Assembly (NCBI GenBank): GCA_036521675.1
Contig: DATDHG010000047.1
Location: 1 to 48,687 of the forward strand
Direction: 5' to 3'
DNA length: 48,687 nucleotides
DNA from: Candidatus Dormiibacterota bacterium
GTDB taxonomy: Bacteria; Chloroflexota; Dormibacteria; Aeolococcales; Aeolococcaceae
Shown here: positions 1 to 9,820 of the stretch, in pieces
How the letters are laid out: the number at the start of each line of letters is the position of its first letter
How positions within the stretch are numbered: position 1 is the stretch's first letter
Notes under the pieces: model-generated
What the model saw: the letters and a program-made list of their open reading frames with translations, nothing else
The model's database searches: none
What the model was told of the DNA's origin: nothing
Made by a program: the position numbers and the translations under genes

Positions 1-1088
1 AGCACCGGTGCGATGAGCAGCCCCAGCAGCCTGCCGTTGTGGCGGACGAGCTCGCCGGGGATGTACCCGGTGGCCACCAGCAGCGCCCCCGCCAGCACGG
101 CGGCCAGCCACACGGCGTGGGCCCGCGCGAGCCGCCGCCCCCGGCGGCCCAGGCCGATGGCGGCGAGCACGATCCCCCCGACCGCGGGGAGGAGCAGCTG
201 GTAGTTGTCCTCGGCGGGGCTGTCAAGGATGTGGGTGGCATAGGCCGGGGCCAGCACGAACATGGTGAAGACCGTCACCAGGGCCACGGTGAGCTGGACC
301 AGGCCCAGCTGCAGGACCGGTCGCGCCGCCAGGAGAGCCAGCCCTTCACGCAGCTCGTGGCGCAGGTTGGGCGCATGCGCGTGCGGGCGCCGGGCGGCGC
401 GGAGCCGAGTGTGCATCAGCAGGATGGACGCGGAGGCCACCAGCAGCAGCGCCGCCCCGACGTAGAAGGCCGCGTCGGACCCTTGCAGCTTGATCACCAG
501 CGCTGCCAGCGGCACGCCCACCACCAGCGCTCCCACCACGGTTGTCATGAACAGCGAGGTGGCCAGCATGATCTGGTCGCGTTTGACCAGAAACGGGATG
601 CTGGCCGCCTCAGCGGGAGCGAAGAACTGGCCTACCGCGGCGAAGGCGGTGGTGACGACGATGAGGGGGAGCGCGGTGCTGCCCAGGCGGGGGGTGGCGA
701 GGATGACGGGGATGAGCAGCAGCAGGCCGGCACGGACGAGGTTGGTGCCGAGCATCAGGAAGCGCTTGTCGTGGCGATCGGCGAAGACCCCGGCCGGGGC
801 GCTGAGCAGGATGCTGGGCAGGGTGTAGGCGAGCAGCACCACCGACTGCGTCGAGCTGCGCCCGGTGAGCGTGAAGACGACGATCAGCAGCGTGTACATC
901 AGGAACTTGTCGGCCACCTGCGAGCAGGCCTGAGCTACCCACAGCAGCCGGAAATCGCGGCGCTGCAGCACGCTGAGAAAGGTGACCGCCTCGGGTCCCG
1001 TCGATGGCAGCGCCGGTGGGGCGGCGGCGATCACGGGGATCTCGAGCTCGTCGTCGAGGTCGGCGGCCGTTCCCGCTGCTTTGGTCAC
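1..1088 (-). CDS. MFS transporter (EntS/MFS_3-like), 3' end beyond window edge
   Basis: This gene is absent from the ORF track because no stop codon lies inside the window. Manual minus-strand translation from GTG 1088 gives VTKAAGTAADLDDELEIPVIAAAPPALPSTGPEAVTFLSVLQRRDFRLLWVAQACSQVADKFLMYTLLIVVFTLTGRSSTQSVVLLAYTLPSILLSAPAGVFADRHDKRFLM... The frame stays open to position 1 with successive hydrophobic helices and high GC3. The GTG overlaps the rsmA stop as GTGA. The true start could lie a few codons downstream. Confidence 0.7.
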   Translation of the reverse strand, partial: MTKAAGTAADLDDELEIPVIAAAPPALPSTGPEAVTFLSVLQRRDFRLLWVAQACSQVADKFLMYTLLIVVFTLTGRSSTQSVVLLAYTLPSILLSAPAGVFADRHDKRFLMLGTNLVRAGLLLLIPVILATPRLGSTALPLIVVTTAFAAVGQFFAPAEAASIPFLVKRDQIMLATSLFMTTVVGALVVGVPLAALVIKLQGSDAAFYVGAALLLVASASILLMHTRLRAARRPHAHAPNLRHELREGLALLAARPVLQLGLVQLTVALVTVFTMFVLAPAYATHILDSPAEDNYQLLLPAVGGIVLAAIGLGRRGRRLARAHAVWLAAVLAGALLVATGYIPGELVRHNGRLLGLLIAPV

Positions 1089-1936
1089 AGGGGCGGGGCC
1101 ACTGCCGCGGCGGTGAGCCGCCGCCACTCGTCCAGGTCGAGCTCGCCGGGGCGGCGGCGGGGGTCGATGCCGGCGTCGTCGAGCGCCCGCCGGCCGGCCT
1201 GGGCGTCGCCACCGAGCGCCCTGGTGATGCCGTGGCGCAGGGTCTTGCGCCGCATCTGAAACGCGGGTCTGGCCAGGGCCAGCACCGCGGCCCGCTCGGC
1301 CTGCTCCCAGGGCGCTGCGGGGATCAGGCGCAGCACGCTCGACCAGACGCGCGGTGGCGGCTCGAATGCGGCCGGAGGAACGTCGCCGAGGCGTTCGACT
1401 GTGGCCAGGCTGCGCACCGCCAGCGTCGCCAGGCTCCAGTCACCCGCCCCGGCGGCGAGGCGCGCCGCCACCTCACGCTGAACGAGCAGCACCGCCCGGG
1501 CAGGCGGGTCCGGACGCTCCAGGAGATGGGTGAGGAGCGCCCCCGTGATGGTGTAGGGGATGTTCCCCGCAGCCAGCCAGCCGGGCCCCAGCCCGAGCGC
1601 CGCCGGCTCGACGCGCAGCGCGTCCCCCTCCACCACCTCGACCGCGCCCAGCCCGCGGGTGTGGCGGCGCGCGGCCCGCACGCAGGCGGGGTCGAGCTCG
1701 ACGGCGACCACGCGGGCCGCCCGTCGGGCCAGCTCCACTGTGAGCGTGCCGATGCCGGGACCCACCTCCAGCACCGAGTCGGCCGGCCCCGGCGCCAGGG
1801 CGGCGACGATCATCTCGAGAGCGGCGCGGTCGACGAGCAGGTGCTGGCCGAGCCGGGGCGTGAGGGAGACGCCCGCCCGCCGGGCGGCGCTGAGCGCCGT
1901 TGCGCGATCGGTGAGGTCGAGCGGTGCCGGGGTCAC
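1085..1936 (-). CDS. rsmA: 16S rRNA (adenine1518/1519-N6)-dimethyltransferase RsmA/KsgA
   Basis: The track ORF is 1085..2077. Motifs are RLGQHLLVD, the SAM site LEVGPGIGTLTVELA and GNIPYTITGALL. I set the start at in-frame GTG 1936. The 47 codons upstream of it are Arg/Gly-rich and overlap tatD (stop at 2011). The longest start, GTG 2077, is not excluded. Confidence 0.88.
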   Translation of the reverse strand: MTPAPLDLTDRATALSAARRAGVSLTPRLGQHLLVDRAALEMIVAALAPGPADSVLEVGPGIGTLTVELARRAARVVAVELDPACVRAARRHTRGLGAVEVVEGDALRVEPAALGLGPGWLAAGNIPYTITGALLTHLLERPDPPARAVLLVQREVAARLAAGAGDWSLATLAVRSLATVERLGDVPPAAFEPPPRVWSSVLRLIPAAPWEQAERAAVLALARPAFQMRRKTLRHGITRALGGDAQAGRRALDDAGIDPRRRPGELDLDEWRRLTAAAVAPPL

Positions 1937-2010
1937 GGCTCGACCCGGAACATGAACACCCCCGCCATCATCGCCCCCCGCGCCGCCCCGCGGGGCGCTC
2001 TCACTCCCCC

Positions 2011-2841
2011 TCACCCCGCGACGTGGTCGTCCCCGCTGCGAGGCAGGCCGAAGAGGCGCTCGGCGTTCGCTGTGCACCGCGCCGTCACCACATCGTCCGG
2101 CTCGCCCCGGAGCACGGCCAGCGCGGCGGCGGTGGCGGCCACGTAGCCGGGCAGGTTGGGCCGCCCGCGATGGGGGACCGGGGCGAGAAAGGGAGCGTCG
2201 GTCTCAACCACATGGGCATCGGGGGTGACCGCCCGTGCCGCCGCCCGGATGGCCTCGGTGCGGGGATAGGTCAAGGTGCCCGCGAAGCTGCACAGCATGC
2301 CCAGCTGCTGCGCGCTCGCGACGAGCGCCGGTCCGCCGCTGAAGCAGTGGAACACCCCCGCGGGCCGCCCCCTGGAGCCTCGGGCCGGCAGGCCCGCCGC
2401 GAGCTCGGCGACGACGTCCTCGTGGGCGTCGCGGTCATGGACGACAACCGGTTTGTCGTACGCCACGGCCAGCTCCAGCATCGCCCGCAGCGACCGCTTC
2501 TGCACGTCCGCGGGGACCTCGTGGTACCCCGGGCGCCAGAAGTAGTCGAGCCCGATCTCGCCGACCGCGACCGCGCGGGGATGGCGGAGAAGTTCACCGA
2601 GCGCGCGCAGCTGGGCACGATCGGGAGGGGCGGGAATGTGCGGGTGCCAGCCCACCGTGAACCACACCCCGGCGTGGGCCTCGGCCAGGCGCCGGTTCTT
2701 GTCAGAGTCGTCCAGATCAAGACCGACGGTGACGATCCGCCCGACCCCCGCGGCGGCCGCCGACTCCAACGCCGCCTCCAGCAGCCCCCATTCCTCCAGG
2801 AGCACTAGGTGGCAATGGGTGTCGACGAGGCTGCCCACCAC
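2011..2841 (-). CDS. tatD: TatD-family metal-dependent hydrolase/DNase
   Basis: This is the C-terminal 277 codons of ORF 2011..3198. Motifs are LVDTHCHL, GEIGLDYFW, VVHDRDAHED, HCFSGG and VETDAPFL. The start GTG 2841 lies 1 nt after the metG stop. The upstream part of the ORF overlaps metG. Confidence 0.9.
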   Translation of the reverse strand: MVGSLVDTHCHLVLLEEWGLLEAALESAAAAGVGRIVTVGLDLDDSDKNRRLAEAHAGVWFTVGWHPHIPAPPDRAQLRALGELLRHPRAVAVGEIGLDYFWRPGYHEVPADVQKRSLRAMLELAVAYDKPVVVHDRDAHEDVVAELAAGLPARGSRGRPAGVFHCFSGGPALVASAQQLGMLCSFAGTLTYPRTEAIRAAARAVTPDAHVVETDAPFLAPVPHRGRPNLPGYVAATAAALAVLRGEPDDVVTARCTANAERLFGLPRSGDDHVAG

Positions 2842-2842
2842 C

Positions 2843-4432
2843 CTAGTGGCGAGCCCGGGACGCGCGGTGCCAGTCCTCCAGAACGCGGTCGCGGTCAAGG
2901 CGGGGGAAAAGGATCTCCCCCACCCCCACCGGGTTGCCGGGGACGAGGACGTCGAAGCGCCGCGCCGCCTGCCCGGCTCTGCCATCGAGGGCGACGCCCA
3001 GGTCGTCGGCGACGCGGCGCGTCGCGCGCGGCGCAAACGGATGGAGCAGGGTCGTCGCCACCCGGATGGCCTCGAGCAGGTGATGCAGGACGGTATCGAG
3101 CCGCCCGTCCTGCTCGCGCGCCATGTGCCACGGCTTGGTCTCGTCAATGTACAGATTGGCGCGGGCCACCAGCCGCTGGGCTGCGGCGATGGCGCCACTC
3201 AGGTCGATCGAGTCCATCGCCGCGGCATGTTCCGCGACGGCGCGCAGCGCGACCGCCTCCAGGTCGGCGTCGAGGGCGGTGTGCGGCCCCGGGACCGGGA
3301 CGCGCGCCTGGCGATACCGCTGGGTCATCTTCTCGGTGCGCGACACCAGGTTCCCGTAGTCGTTGGCGAGGTCGGCGTTGTACCGGTCGACGAATGTCTC
3401 GAGCGAGAAGTCGCCGTCGCGATCGAACGGCACCTCGCTGAGGAAGACATAGCGCACCGCATCGCTGCCGAAGCGCTCCACCAGCGTGGCGGGGTCGATG
3501 CGGACGCCCGAGCTCTTGCTCATCTTCCGACCCCCCAGGGTGATGAAGCCGTGGGAGTGCACCCGGGCGGGCAGGGCGATGCCGGCCGCCATGAGCATGG
3601 CGGGCCACATGATCGTGTGGAAGCGGGTGATGTCCTTGCCGATGACGTGGACATCGGCGGGCCAGAACCGGGCGAACTCGGCGTCGTCGGCCGCGAAGCC
3701 CACCCCGGTGATGTACGCGGGCAGGGCGTCGAACCACACGTAGGCGACCTGCTCGGGATCGAAGGGCAGTGGGAACCCCCAGGCGGTGAAGCCGCGCGAG
3801 ATGCTGATGTCCTCGAGGCCGGCGCCGATGACGTTGAGCATCTCGTTGCGACGCGAGCCCGGCGTCAGGAAACCCGGCTGCTCGGCGAAGAGGCGGAGCA
3901 GCGGTTCCTGGAAGGCGCTGAGGCGGAAGAACCAGTTCTCCTCCTCCACCCACTCGACGGCGCTGCCGTGTACCGGACAGTGGCCGTCGATGAGCTCCTT
4001 CTCGGTGTAGAACTGCTCGCAGGACGGGCAGAACCAGGCGGCGTACATCCCCTTGTAGATGTGTCCGCGTTCGTGAACGGTGCTCAGCAACCGCTCGGTC
4101 GTACGCCGGTTGGCCGCACCGCTCGTGCGCACGAAATTCGTGTAGGTGATGTCCAGCCGCTCGAAGAGGGCCTGGAACACCGCCACCTGGCGGTCGCAGA
4201 ACGCCGCCGGATCGAGCCCCTCGGCCCGCGCCGCCCGCTCCACCGACTGGCTGTGCTCGTCACTCCCGACCGTGAAGCGCACCTCGGCGCCCTGAAGGCG
4301 ATGGTGCCGGGCCAGCGCGTCGCAGCCCACCTTCTCATAGGCGTGCCCGAGGTGGGGATCGCCGTTGACGTAGTCGATCGCTGCAGTCAGGTAGAAACGG
4401 CCGTAATGGGCCGCAACAGGCGGATCGCTCAC
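2843..4432 (-). CDS. metG: methionine--tRNA ligase
   Basis: This is part of ORF 2843..4759. Motifs are the HIGH-type DPHLGHAYEK, a literal KMSKS (GGRKMSKSSG) and the zinc knuckle CPSC...CPVHG. The start GTG 4432 overlaps the rsmI stop (GTGA). The stop codon is TAG. Confidence 0.95.
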   Translation of the reverse strand: MSDPPVAAHYGRFYLTAAIDYVNGDPHLGHAYEKVGCDALARHHRLQGAEVRFTVGSDEHSQSVERAARAEGLDPAAFCDRQVAVFQALFERLDITYTNFVRTSGAANRRTTERLLSTVHERGHIYKGMYAAWFCPSCEQFYTEKELIDGHCPVHGSAVEWVEEENWFFRLSAFQEPLLRLFAEQPGFLTPGSRRNEMLNVIGAGLEDISISRGFTAWGFPLPFDPEQVAYVWFDALPAYITGVGFAADDAEFARFWPADVHVIGKDITRFHTIMWPAMLMAAGIALPARVHSHGFITLGGRKMSKSSGVRIDPATLVERFGSDAVRYVFLSEVPFDRDGDFSLETFVDRYNADLANDYGNLVSRTEKMTQRYRQARVPVPGPHTALDADLEAVALRAVAEHAAAMDSIDLSGAIAAAQRLVARANLYIDETKPWHMAREQDGRLDTVLHHLLEAIRVATTLLHPFAPRATRRVADDLGVALDGRAGQAARRFDVLVPGNPVGVGEILFPRLDRDRVLEDWHRASRARH

Positions 4433-5091
4433 GGTTCCACCAGGACTGTGCACTCGCCCCGCGGCGGAGCGGCGGCGAACTCCCCGGCGAGCTGAGCGGC
4501 GGTTCCCACATGGAAGCTCTCGTGGAGCTTGGTGAGCTCGCGCGCCACCACGACCTCGCGCTCGGCGAGCAGCGGCGCCACCTGGCGCAGCGTCCGCGCC
4601 AGGCGCTGCGGCGATTCGAAGAAGACCACGGTGCGGCCCTGGGACAGCGCCTCGGCGAGAGCGCGGGTGAGCTTGCCCGGACTGCGCGGCAGGAAACCCA
4701 GGAAGCAGAAGCCGCCCGCCCCCAGCCCGGCGGCGCTGAGCGCCGCGATCGCAGCGCACGGCCCCGGCACCGGCGTGACCGCGTGGCCGGCGTCGCGCGC
4801 AGCCCGCACCAGGGCCGACCCAGGATCACTCACCAGCGGCGTCCCTCCGTCGCTCACCAGCGCCAGGTGCTCGCCGGCGTCCAGCCGGGCGAGCAGCGCA
4901 GGCACGCGCCGCGCCTCGTCGAAGGCGGGCAGGCTGAGCAGCTGCTTGCCGGTGATGCCATGGTGGCTGAGTAGCCCGCGGGTCCGCCGGGTGTCCTCGG
5001 CGACGATCGCGTCGCAGATGCGCAGCGTGCGCAGGGCGCGCAGCGTGATGTCCTCCAGGTTTCCGATGGGAGTGGCCACAACCGACAGCAC
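4429..5091 (-). CDS. rsmI: 16S rRNA (cytidine1402-2'-O)-methyltransferase RsmI
   Basis: This is the C-terminal 221 codons of ORF 4429..5469. Motifs are VVATPIGNLEDITLRAL, AEDTRRTRGLL, LVSDGGTPLVSDPG and ELTKLHE. The start GTG 5091 lies 4 nt after the nadE stop. Confidence 0.88.
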   Translation of the reverse strand: MLSVVATPIGNLEDITLRALRTLRICDAIVAEDTRRTRGLLSHHGITGKQLLSLPAFDEARRVPALLARLDAGEHLALVSDGGTPLVSDPGSALVRAARDAGHAVTPVPGPCAAIAALSAAGLGAGGFCFLGFLPRSPGKLTRALAEALSQGRTVVFFESPQRLARTLRQVAPLLAEREVVVARELTKLHESFHVGTAAQLAGEFAAAPPRGECTVLVEP

Positions 5092-5095
5092 CCTG

Positions 5096-5956
5096 CTAAT
5101 GACCCCAGTCGCGCGGATAGCGGAAGTCACGGTCGATGGTCCGGTTGCTGAGCTTGGCGATGATCGGCAGCCGCCGTTTGTACTGGTTGTCGCGCAGCCG
5201 CCGCAGCACCCGCTCCACGAAGGCTTCGTCGAAGCCCAGGGCGCGCAGCTCGGCGCGGCTGCGGCGCTCGTCGACGAGGTGGAAGAGGAGACGGTCGACG
5301 TCGGCGTAGGTGAAGCCCAGCTCCTGCTCGTCGCTCTGGCCCTCCCACAGGTCGGCGCTGGGGGGCTTCTCGATGACCGCCGCGGGCAGCCCCAGGTGGC
5401 GGGCCAGCTCGAAAACCTGGGTCTTGTAGAGGTCGCCGAGGGGGTTGAGGGCGTGGGCCATGTCCCCATGGACGGTTCCGTATCCGAGCAGCAGCTCGGT
5501 CTTGTTGCTGGTGCCGATGACCAGCGCAGCGCGCGCCAGGCTGACGTCGTAGAGCACCGACATGCGTTCGCGGGCCATCTTGTTGCCGCGCCGGGCGCGG
5601 TCCGCGTCGGGAAAGCGGTCGAAGTAGCCGTCGACCTGCGGACTGATGTCCACGACCACCGGCGCCAGTCCGTACTGCTCGCACACGGCTCGCGCGTCGG
5701 CCTCGCTGCGCGGGCTGCTGGTGCGATACGGCATGAGCACCGGGGTGACCCGCTCCGGCCCCAGGGCGGCGGCGGCCAGCGCCGCCACCAGGGCCGAGTC
5801 GACGCCGCCGCTCAGCCCCAGCACCACGCCCTCGAAGCCGACCTTGCGGACCTCGTCGCGGATGAACCCCACCAGGATGGTCTTCACCAAGTCGGCATCG
5901 ATGGCGAGCAGATCGGCGGGCGGCGGGGCGGGCTCAGTGGCGATGACGTTCACCAT
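5096..5956 (-). CDS. nadE: NAD+ synthase, stand-alone synthetase (NadE) domain
   Basis: This is part of ORF 5096..6205. Motifs are the PP-loop [27 protein letters not shown] and [12 protein letters not shown]. The start ATG 5956 overlaps the upstream CN-hydrolase gene by 23 nt. The stop codon is TAG. Confidence 0.9.
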   Translation of the reverse strand: MVNVIATEPAPPPADLLAIDADLVKTILVGFIRDEVRKVGFEGVVLGLSGGVDSALVAALAAAALGPERVTPVLMPYRTSSPRSEADARAVCEQYGLAPVVVDISPQVDGYFDRFPDADRARRGNKMARERMSVLYDVSLARAALVIGTSNKTELLLGYGTVHGDMAHALNPLGDLYKTQVFELARHLGLPAAVIEKPPSADLWEGQSDEQELGFTYADVDRLLFHLVDERRSRAELRALGFDEAFVERVLRRLRDNQYKRRLPIIAKLSNRTIDRDFRYPRDWGH

Positions 5957-6875
5957 GCCGCAGCCGCGCTGTCTCGCGGTCGAGGAGGTCGGGCCGGGCG
6001 TCGCGCAGCAGGGGCGTGGCGAGCCGGGCCCGGCGCACCGCCCCGCGTTCGAGGCGGTTCCAGACCAGGGCCTCGTCCGACCCGGCCGGCTCGTGCAGCG
6101 TCTCACCGTCGGGACCCAACACACGCGAGCCGCCCCAGAACCCCACGCCGTCCTCGAAGCCGACGCGGTTGCAGTAGACCACGTACGCGGTCGTGAGCTG
6201 CGCATACGTCCTGGTCATCGCGTCGTAGGAGCGCGCTGTGCCAAGTCCCGCGCCGTCGCGCACGCCGCGTCCCGGAGAAGCGCTGGGAACGATCAGCACC
6301 TCCATGCCCTGACGGGCGAGCAGCGCGATCGCCCCGAGGTGCCAGATGTCCTCGCAGATGAGCATCCCGGCCTGCCAGGGGCGCGCCAGGCCGGCCGCGG
6401 GCGGCGTGAGCTCCAGGGTGCGCAGCCGCTCGCCGGCGGCCAGGTACCGCTGTTCGTCGAACAGCCCATAGGTGGGCAGGAACACCTTGGCGTGCAGAGC
6501 GGCCACCCGCCCGCGGCTCAGATGGACTGCGGCATTGAGGAAGCGGGCGTCACCGGTCTCCAGCACACACCCGACCACCGCGTCGACCTCGGTGCACGCG
6601 GCCGCCAGGGTGGCGAGCTCGGGACCGTCGAGGACGACGGCCACGTCGGGCACCAGGTCGCGCAGGAAGTAGCCGCAGAGGCTCATCTCCGGGAAGACGA
6701 CCAGGTGCGCGCCGCCGCGCGAGGCGTCCTCCAGGATGCCCAGATGGGTTTCGAGGTTGGCGCTGACGTCCCCCAGTCGCGGGGCGATCTGCGCGCACAC
6801 CGCAACAAAGCCGTCCGGGGCACTCGGGGTGAGCTGCGCGCGGCCGGCGCTGGGCAGGTCGCCGGGAAGGGTCAT
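5934..6875 (-). CDS. carbon-nitrogen hydrolase (nitrilase-superfamily), probable glutaminase partner of NadE
   Basis: ORF 5934..6875. The Glu-Lys-Cys triad contexts are [22 protein letters not shown] and MLICEDIWH. The ATG overlaps the dinG stop (ATGA). Confidence 0.85.
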   Translation of the reverse strand: MTLPGDLPSAGRAQLTPSAPDGFVAVCAQIAPRLGDVSANLETHLGILEDASRGGAHLVVFPEMSLCGYFLRDLVPDVAVVLDGPELATLAAACTEVDAVVGCVLETGDARFLNAAVHLSRGRVAALHAKVFLPTYGLFDEQRYLAAGERLRTLELTPPAAGLARPWQAGMLICEDIWHLGAIALLARQGMEVLIVPSASPGRGVRDGAGLGTARSYDAMTRTYAQLTTAYVVYCNRVGFEDGVGFWGGSRVLGPDGETLHEPAGSDEALVWNRLERGAVRRARLATPLLRDARPDLLDRETARLRHGERHRH

Positions 6876-9820
6876 GCCACTCCTTGGTCGTCGGGGTGGA
6901 GCGAGTCGTCGAGATCGAGCGCGGGAACGCCGGGCACTGCGAGCCGCAGCCCGTCTGGGATTCTGCCGGTTGCGACGAAATCGCCGACGACTGAGCCTGC
7001 GGTGGAGATCGTCGCACTCACCACCGTAGCCTCGGGCAGGGCGCGCAGAAAGGTCGCACCGTAGTCGCGGTTGAGGACGCGCGCATCGCAGAGCACGACG
7101 ACGCCGCGCTGGTCGCCGCGGCGAATGAGCCGGCCGAAACCCTGCTTGAGACGCAGCACGGCGGTGGGCAGGGCCAGCTCGCTGAACGGATCGCTGAGCT
7201 GCGCAGCGCGCGCCGCTGTGAGCGGATCGCTGGGGACAGGGAACGGGAGCTTGGCGATCACCACGCAGCCCAACGCGTCACCGGCGATGTCCACGCCTTC
7301 CCAGAAGCTGCTCGTGCCCAGCAGAACGCTGCGCTGATTCTGCAGGAAGGCGGCCAGGACCTGGCGCCGCGTGCCATCGAGGCCCTGGCCGAGCACGGCG
7401 ACGCGATCGGCCTCCAGGGTTTTGCCGAGCTGCTGGTGCACGCTGCGCAGCGGGGCGTATGCAGTGAACAGCGCCATGGTCCGCCCACCCAGACGCCTGG
7501 CCACGTCGGCGATCAGGGCCGCGAGCTCGCGGTCGTACCCGGCGGCGTCGTAGGGCGGCATGTCGGACAGCACCACCGTGAGCGCCTGGGTCAGGTAGTC
7601 GAAGGGTGACGCCAGGCGCAGGGTCGCGGCGCCGCGCATCCCCGTGCGCGCGGCCACGAAGTCGAAGGCGCCGGCCACCGAGAGCGTGGCCGACGTGAGC
7701 ACGGCCGCGCTGGTGCGCTCGAAAACGTGCTCGGCGAGCGCATCGGCCACCGCGATGGGGGCCTCGTGGAGCTCCCCCTGCTCGGCGCGCAGCTCCAGCC
7801 AGGCCACGTATCCCGCGCGCGGCTCGAGGAGCACCCGTCCGATCGCGTCCGCGTGAGCGCTCAACGCCGCTGCCGCCAGGGCCAGTTCGTCGTCCCCGCG
7901 ATCCGGCTGGGGGAGCAGCGCCGTCTGCAGCGGCGCCGCGCCCCGCGCGTCGAGCAGGGTGGTGGCTGCGCGACGCAGCCGCAGCGCGGCTGACTGCGCG
8001 GCACGGAGCACCGGCGCCAGCTCGGCGGCGGCCCGCAATTCGTCGCTCAGCCCGACCACGCCGTTGCCCGGGCTGTCACTCCCGAGCAGCCGGCCGATGT
8101 GTCCCTTGACCTCGCCGAAGAGGCGCACTGCCGCCTCGCGCGCGCTCGCCAGCGCGGTGGCCAGCTCCTCGGAACCGGCGGCCGGCTGGCGCAGGCGGTC
8201 GACCACGGTGAGCACGTCGGCGGCCCGCAGCCGCGTGCCGAGCTGGCGCGTGGCGGTCTCCTCGAGGTGCTGCGCCTCGTCGACCACCAGGGCGTCGTAG
8301 CCGGCGAGAACGCGGCCCTGCCGCTCCCAGTCGGCCACCAGCAGCGCCTGGTTGACCACCGCGATGTCCGCCTGGGCAGCGGTGCGGCGGGCGGCGACCA
8401 TGTAGCACCCTCCGTCCCTCCAGTTGGCGCACGCCGCGCCCAGGCAGTCGTCGACGGTGGACTCGACGCGCCGCCACAGCTCCTCCTCGACGCCCCCCAG
8501 GCGCAGCTCGGCCCGATCACCGGTGTGCGTCTCGCCGAGCCAGCAGAGCACGCGAAGCACGAAGCGAACGGAGTCGTGGTCCGGCATGCGGCCCTCCGTC
8601 GGGGTCGCCGAACCCAGGTACCTCTGCCAGCGGCGCAGGCTCAGGTAGTGGTGACGGCCTTTGAGCATCGCCGAGCTCGCCGGGATGCCGAGCCGGGCGA
8701 GCAGCGCGGGCAGGTCGCGCTCGGCCAGCTGTTCCTGAAGGGTGACGGTGTGGGTGGCCACCACCGCGCGCCGCCCGGTGCGCGCCGCCCAGAGCGCCAG
8801 CGGGGTCAGGTAGGCGATCGACTTGCCCGTCCCCGTCCCCGCCTCGACGAGCAGCCGACCGCTGCGTTCCAGCGTCTGCGCGACCGCCCGCGCCATCTCC
8901 ACCTGGGCCTCGCGGAGCTCGTAGCCGGGCAGCCCGGACGCCAGCGGGCCGCCGGCGCCGAGCGCGCGCGCCGCCGCCTCGGGGAGCGGGATGGCCCGGT
9001 CGAGGAGGGGGCTGGGGCTGTCGACCGGCGCCCGCGGCATGGGCTGCGCCCCCGCGCGCGCGGGCTTGAGCGGATCGCCGCCACCACCGACCAGCTCGGA
9101 GAAGAAGCCCGTCAGAGGCATGCCGAGGGGGCGCAGGAGGCCGCGGATGGTGGCCAGCAGCGGGGCCGGCAGAGCCTCCGCCGCCTCGATCAGCCGCAGC
9201 AGGACGCCGCGGGTGGCGTCGGCGTCGCTGCCGGCCCGATGGGGGCGTTCGTGCTCAACTCCGAGCGCGGCGCTGAGGAGCGGCAGACTGTGGCTGGAGG
9301 CGGTGGGCAGAAGGATGCGCGCCAGCTCCAGGGTGTCGAGGCTGGGACGCCGCCCGAAGATCTCGGGAAGCAGCGCCGCGCAGAAAGCCAGGTCGAACGG
9401 CGCCCCGTGGGCGACCAGTTGGGCGGATTCGGCGAAGTCGGCCAGCATGGCGACGGCTTCGGCGGGGGATGATCCACCCCGCAGGTCGGCGTCGCTCAGC
9501 CCGGTGAGGCGCTCGATGGCGAGCGGCACCGGCACGCCGGGGTCGACGAGCACCTCCAGCCGGCCGCGGACCTCACCGGTGGGAGTGAAGCGCACGGCGC
9601 CGATCTCGATGATGCGGTCGCTCTTCGGGGAGAGGCCGGTGGTCTCGAGGTCGAAGGCGACCAGGTCGCCCCGGGGCGCGGCGGTGGAGCTCAGCAGACT
9701 GATGGATACACGCCCCGGTAGCGCTCGGGGAGCAGGCTCGCCACCCGCGCCATGATCTCGTCGGCCGCCTCCTGGCTGGTCACCCGGCGGCCATCGGGAT
9801 GGTGGCGCTGCACCGGGCAC
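6872..9820 (-). CDS. dinG: DinG-family ATP-dependent helicase with N-terminal DnaQ-like 3'-5' exonuclease domain
   Basis: ORF 6872..9820. Exonuclease motifs are AFDLETTG, HGAPFDLAF and HRAGSDADAT. Helicase motifs are Walker A EAGTGTGKS and DEAQHLEE. A Cys cluster (LCW...DDCLGAACANWRDGGC) is consistent with an XPD/DinG Fe-S site. The 5' end is uncertain: GTG 9820 overlaps plsC by 130 nt (see finding). Confidence 0.85.
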   Translation of the reverse strand: MPGAAPPSRWPPGDQPGGGRRDHGAGGEPAPRALPGRVSISLLSSTAAPRGDLVAFDLETTGLSPKSDRIIEIGAVRFTPTGEVRGRLEVLVDPGVPVPLAIERLTGLSDADLRGGSSPAEAVAMLADFAESAQLVAHGAPFDLAFCAALLPEIFGRRPSLDTLELARILLPTASSHSLPLLSAALGVEHERPHRAGSDADATRGVLLRLIEAAEALPAPLLATIRGLLRPLGMPLTGFFSELVGGGGDPLKPARAGAQPMPRAPVDSPSPLLDRAIPLPEAAARALGAGGPLASGLPGYELREAQVEMARAVAQTLERSGRLLVEAGTGTGKSIAYLTPLALWAARTGRRAVVATHTVTLQEQLAERDLPALLARLGIPASSAMLKGRHHYLSLRRWQRYLGSATPTEGRMPDHDSVRFVLRVLCWLGETHTGDRAELRLGGVEEELWRRVESTVDDCLGAACANWRDGGCYMVAARRTAAQADIAVVNQALLVADWERQGRVLAGYDALVVDEAQHLEETATRQLGTRLRAADVLTVVDRLRQPAAGSEELATALASAREAAVRLFGEVKGHIGRLLGSDSPGNGVVGLSDELRAAAELAPVLRAAQSAALRLRRAATTLLDARGAAPLQTALLPQPDRGDDELALAAAALSAHADAIGRVLLEPRAGYVAWLELRAEQGELHEAPIAVADALAEHVFERTSAAVLTSATLSVAGAFDFVAARTGMRGAATLRLASPFDYLTQALTVVLSDMPPYDAAGYDRELAALIADVARRLGGRTMALFTAYAPLRSVHQQLGKTLEADRVAVLGQGLDGTRRQVLAAFLQNQRSVLLGTSSFWEGVDIAGDALGCVVIAKLPFPVPSDPLTAARAAQLSDPFSELALPTAVLRLKQGFGRLIRRGDQRGVVVLCDARVLNRDYGATFLRALPEATVVSATISTAGSVVGDFVATGRIPDGLRLAVPGVPALDLDDSLHPDDQGVA

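Noticed and set aside
4433-4759. Long N-terminal extensions on many minus-strand track ORFs: metG to 4759, tatD to 3198, rsmI to 5469, nadE to 6205, nadK to 16333, xseA to 19393, nusB to 19908, mltG to 26309, proS to 41192 and pyrH to 48512.
   Set aside because: The extensions overlap the 3' end of the upstream gene in another frame. They are Arg/Pro-rich and precede the point where homology begins. In each case an in-frame ATG, GTG or TTG sits at or next to the upstream stop codon.
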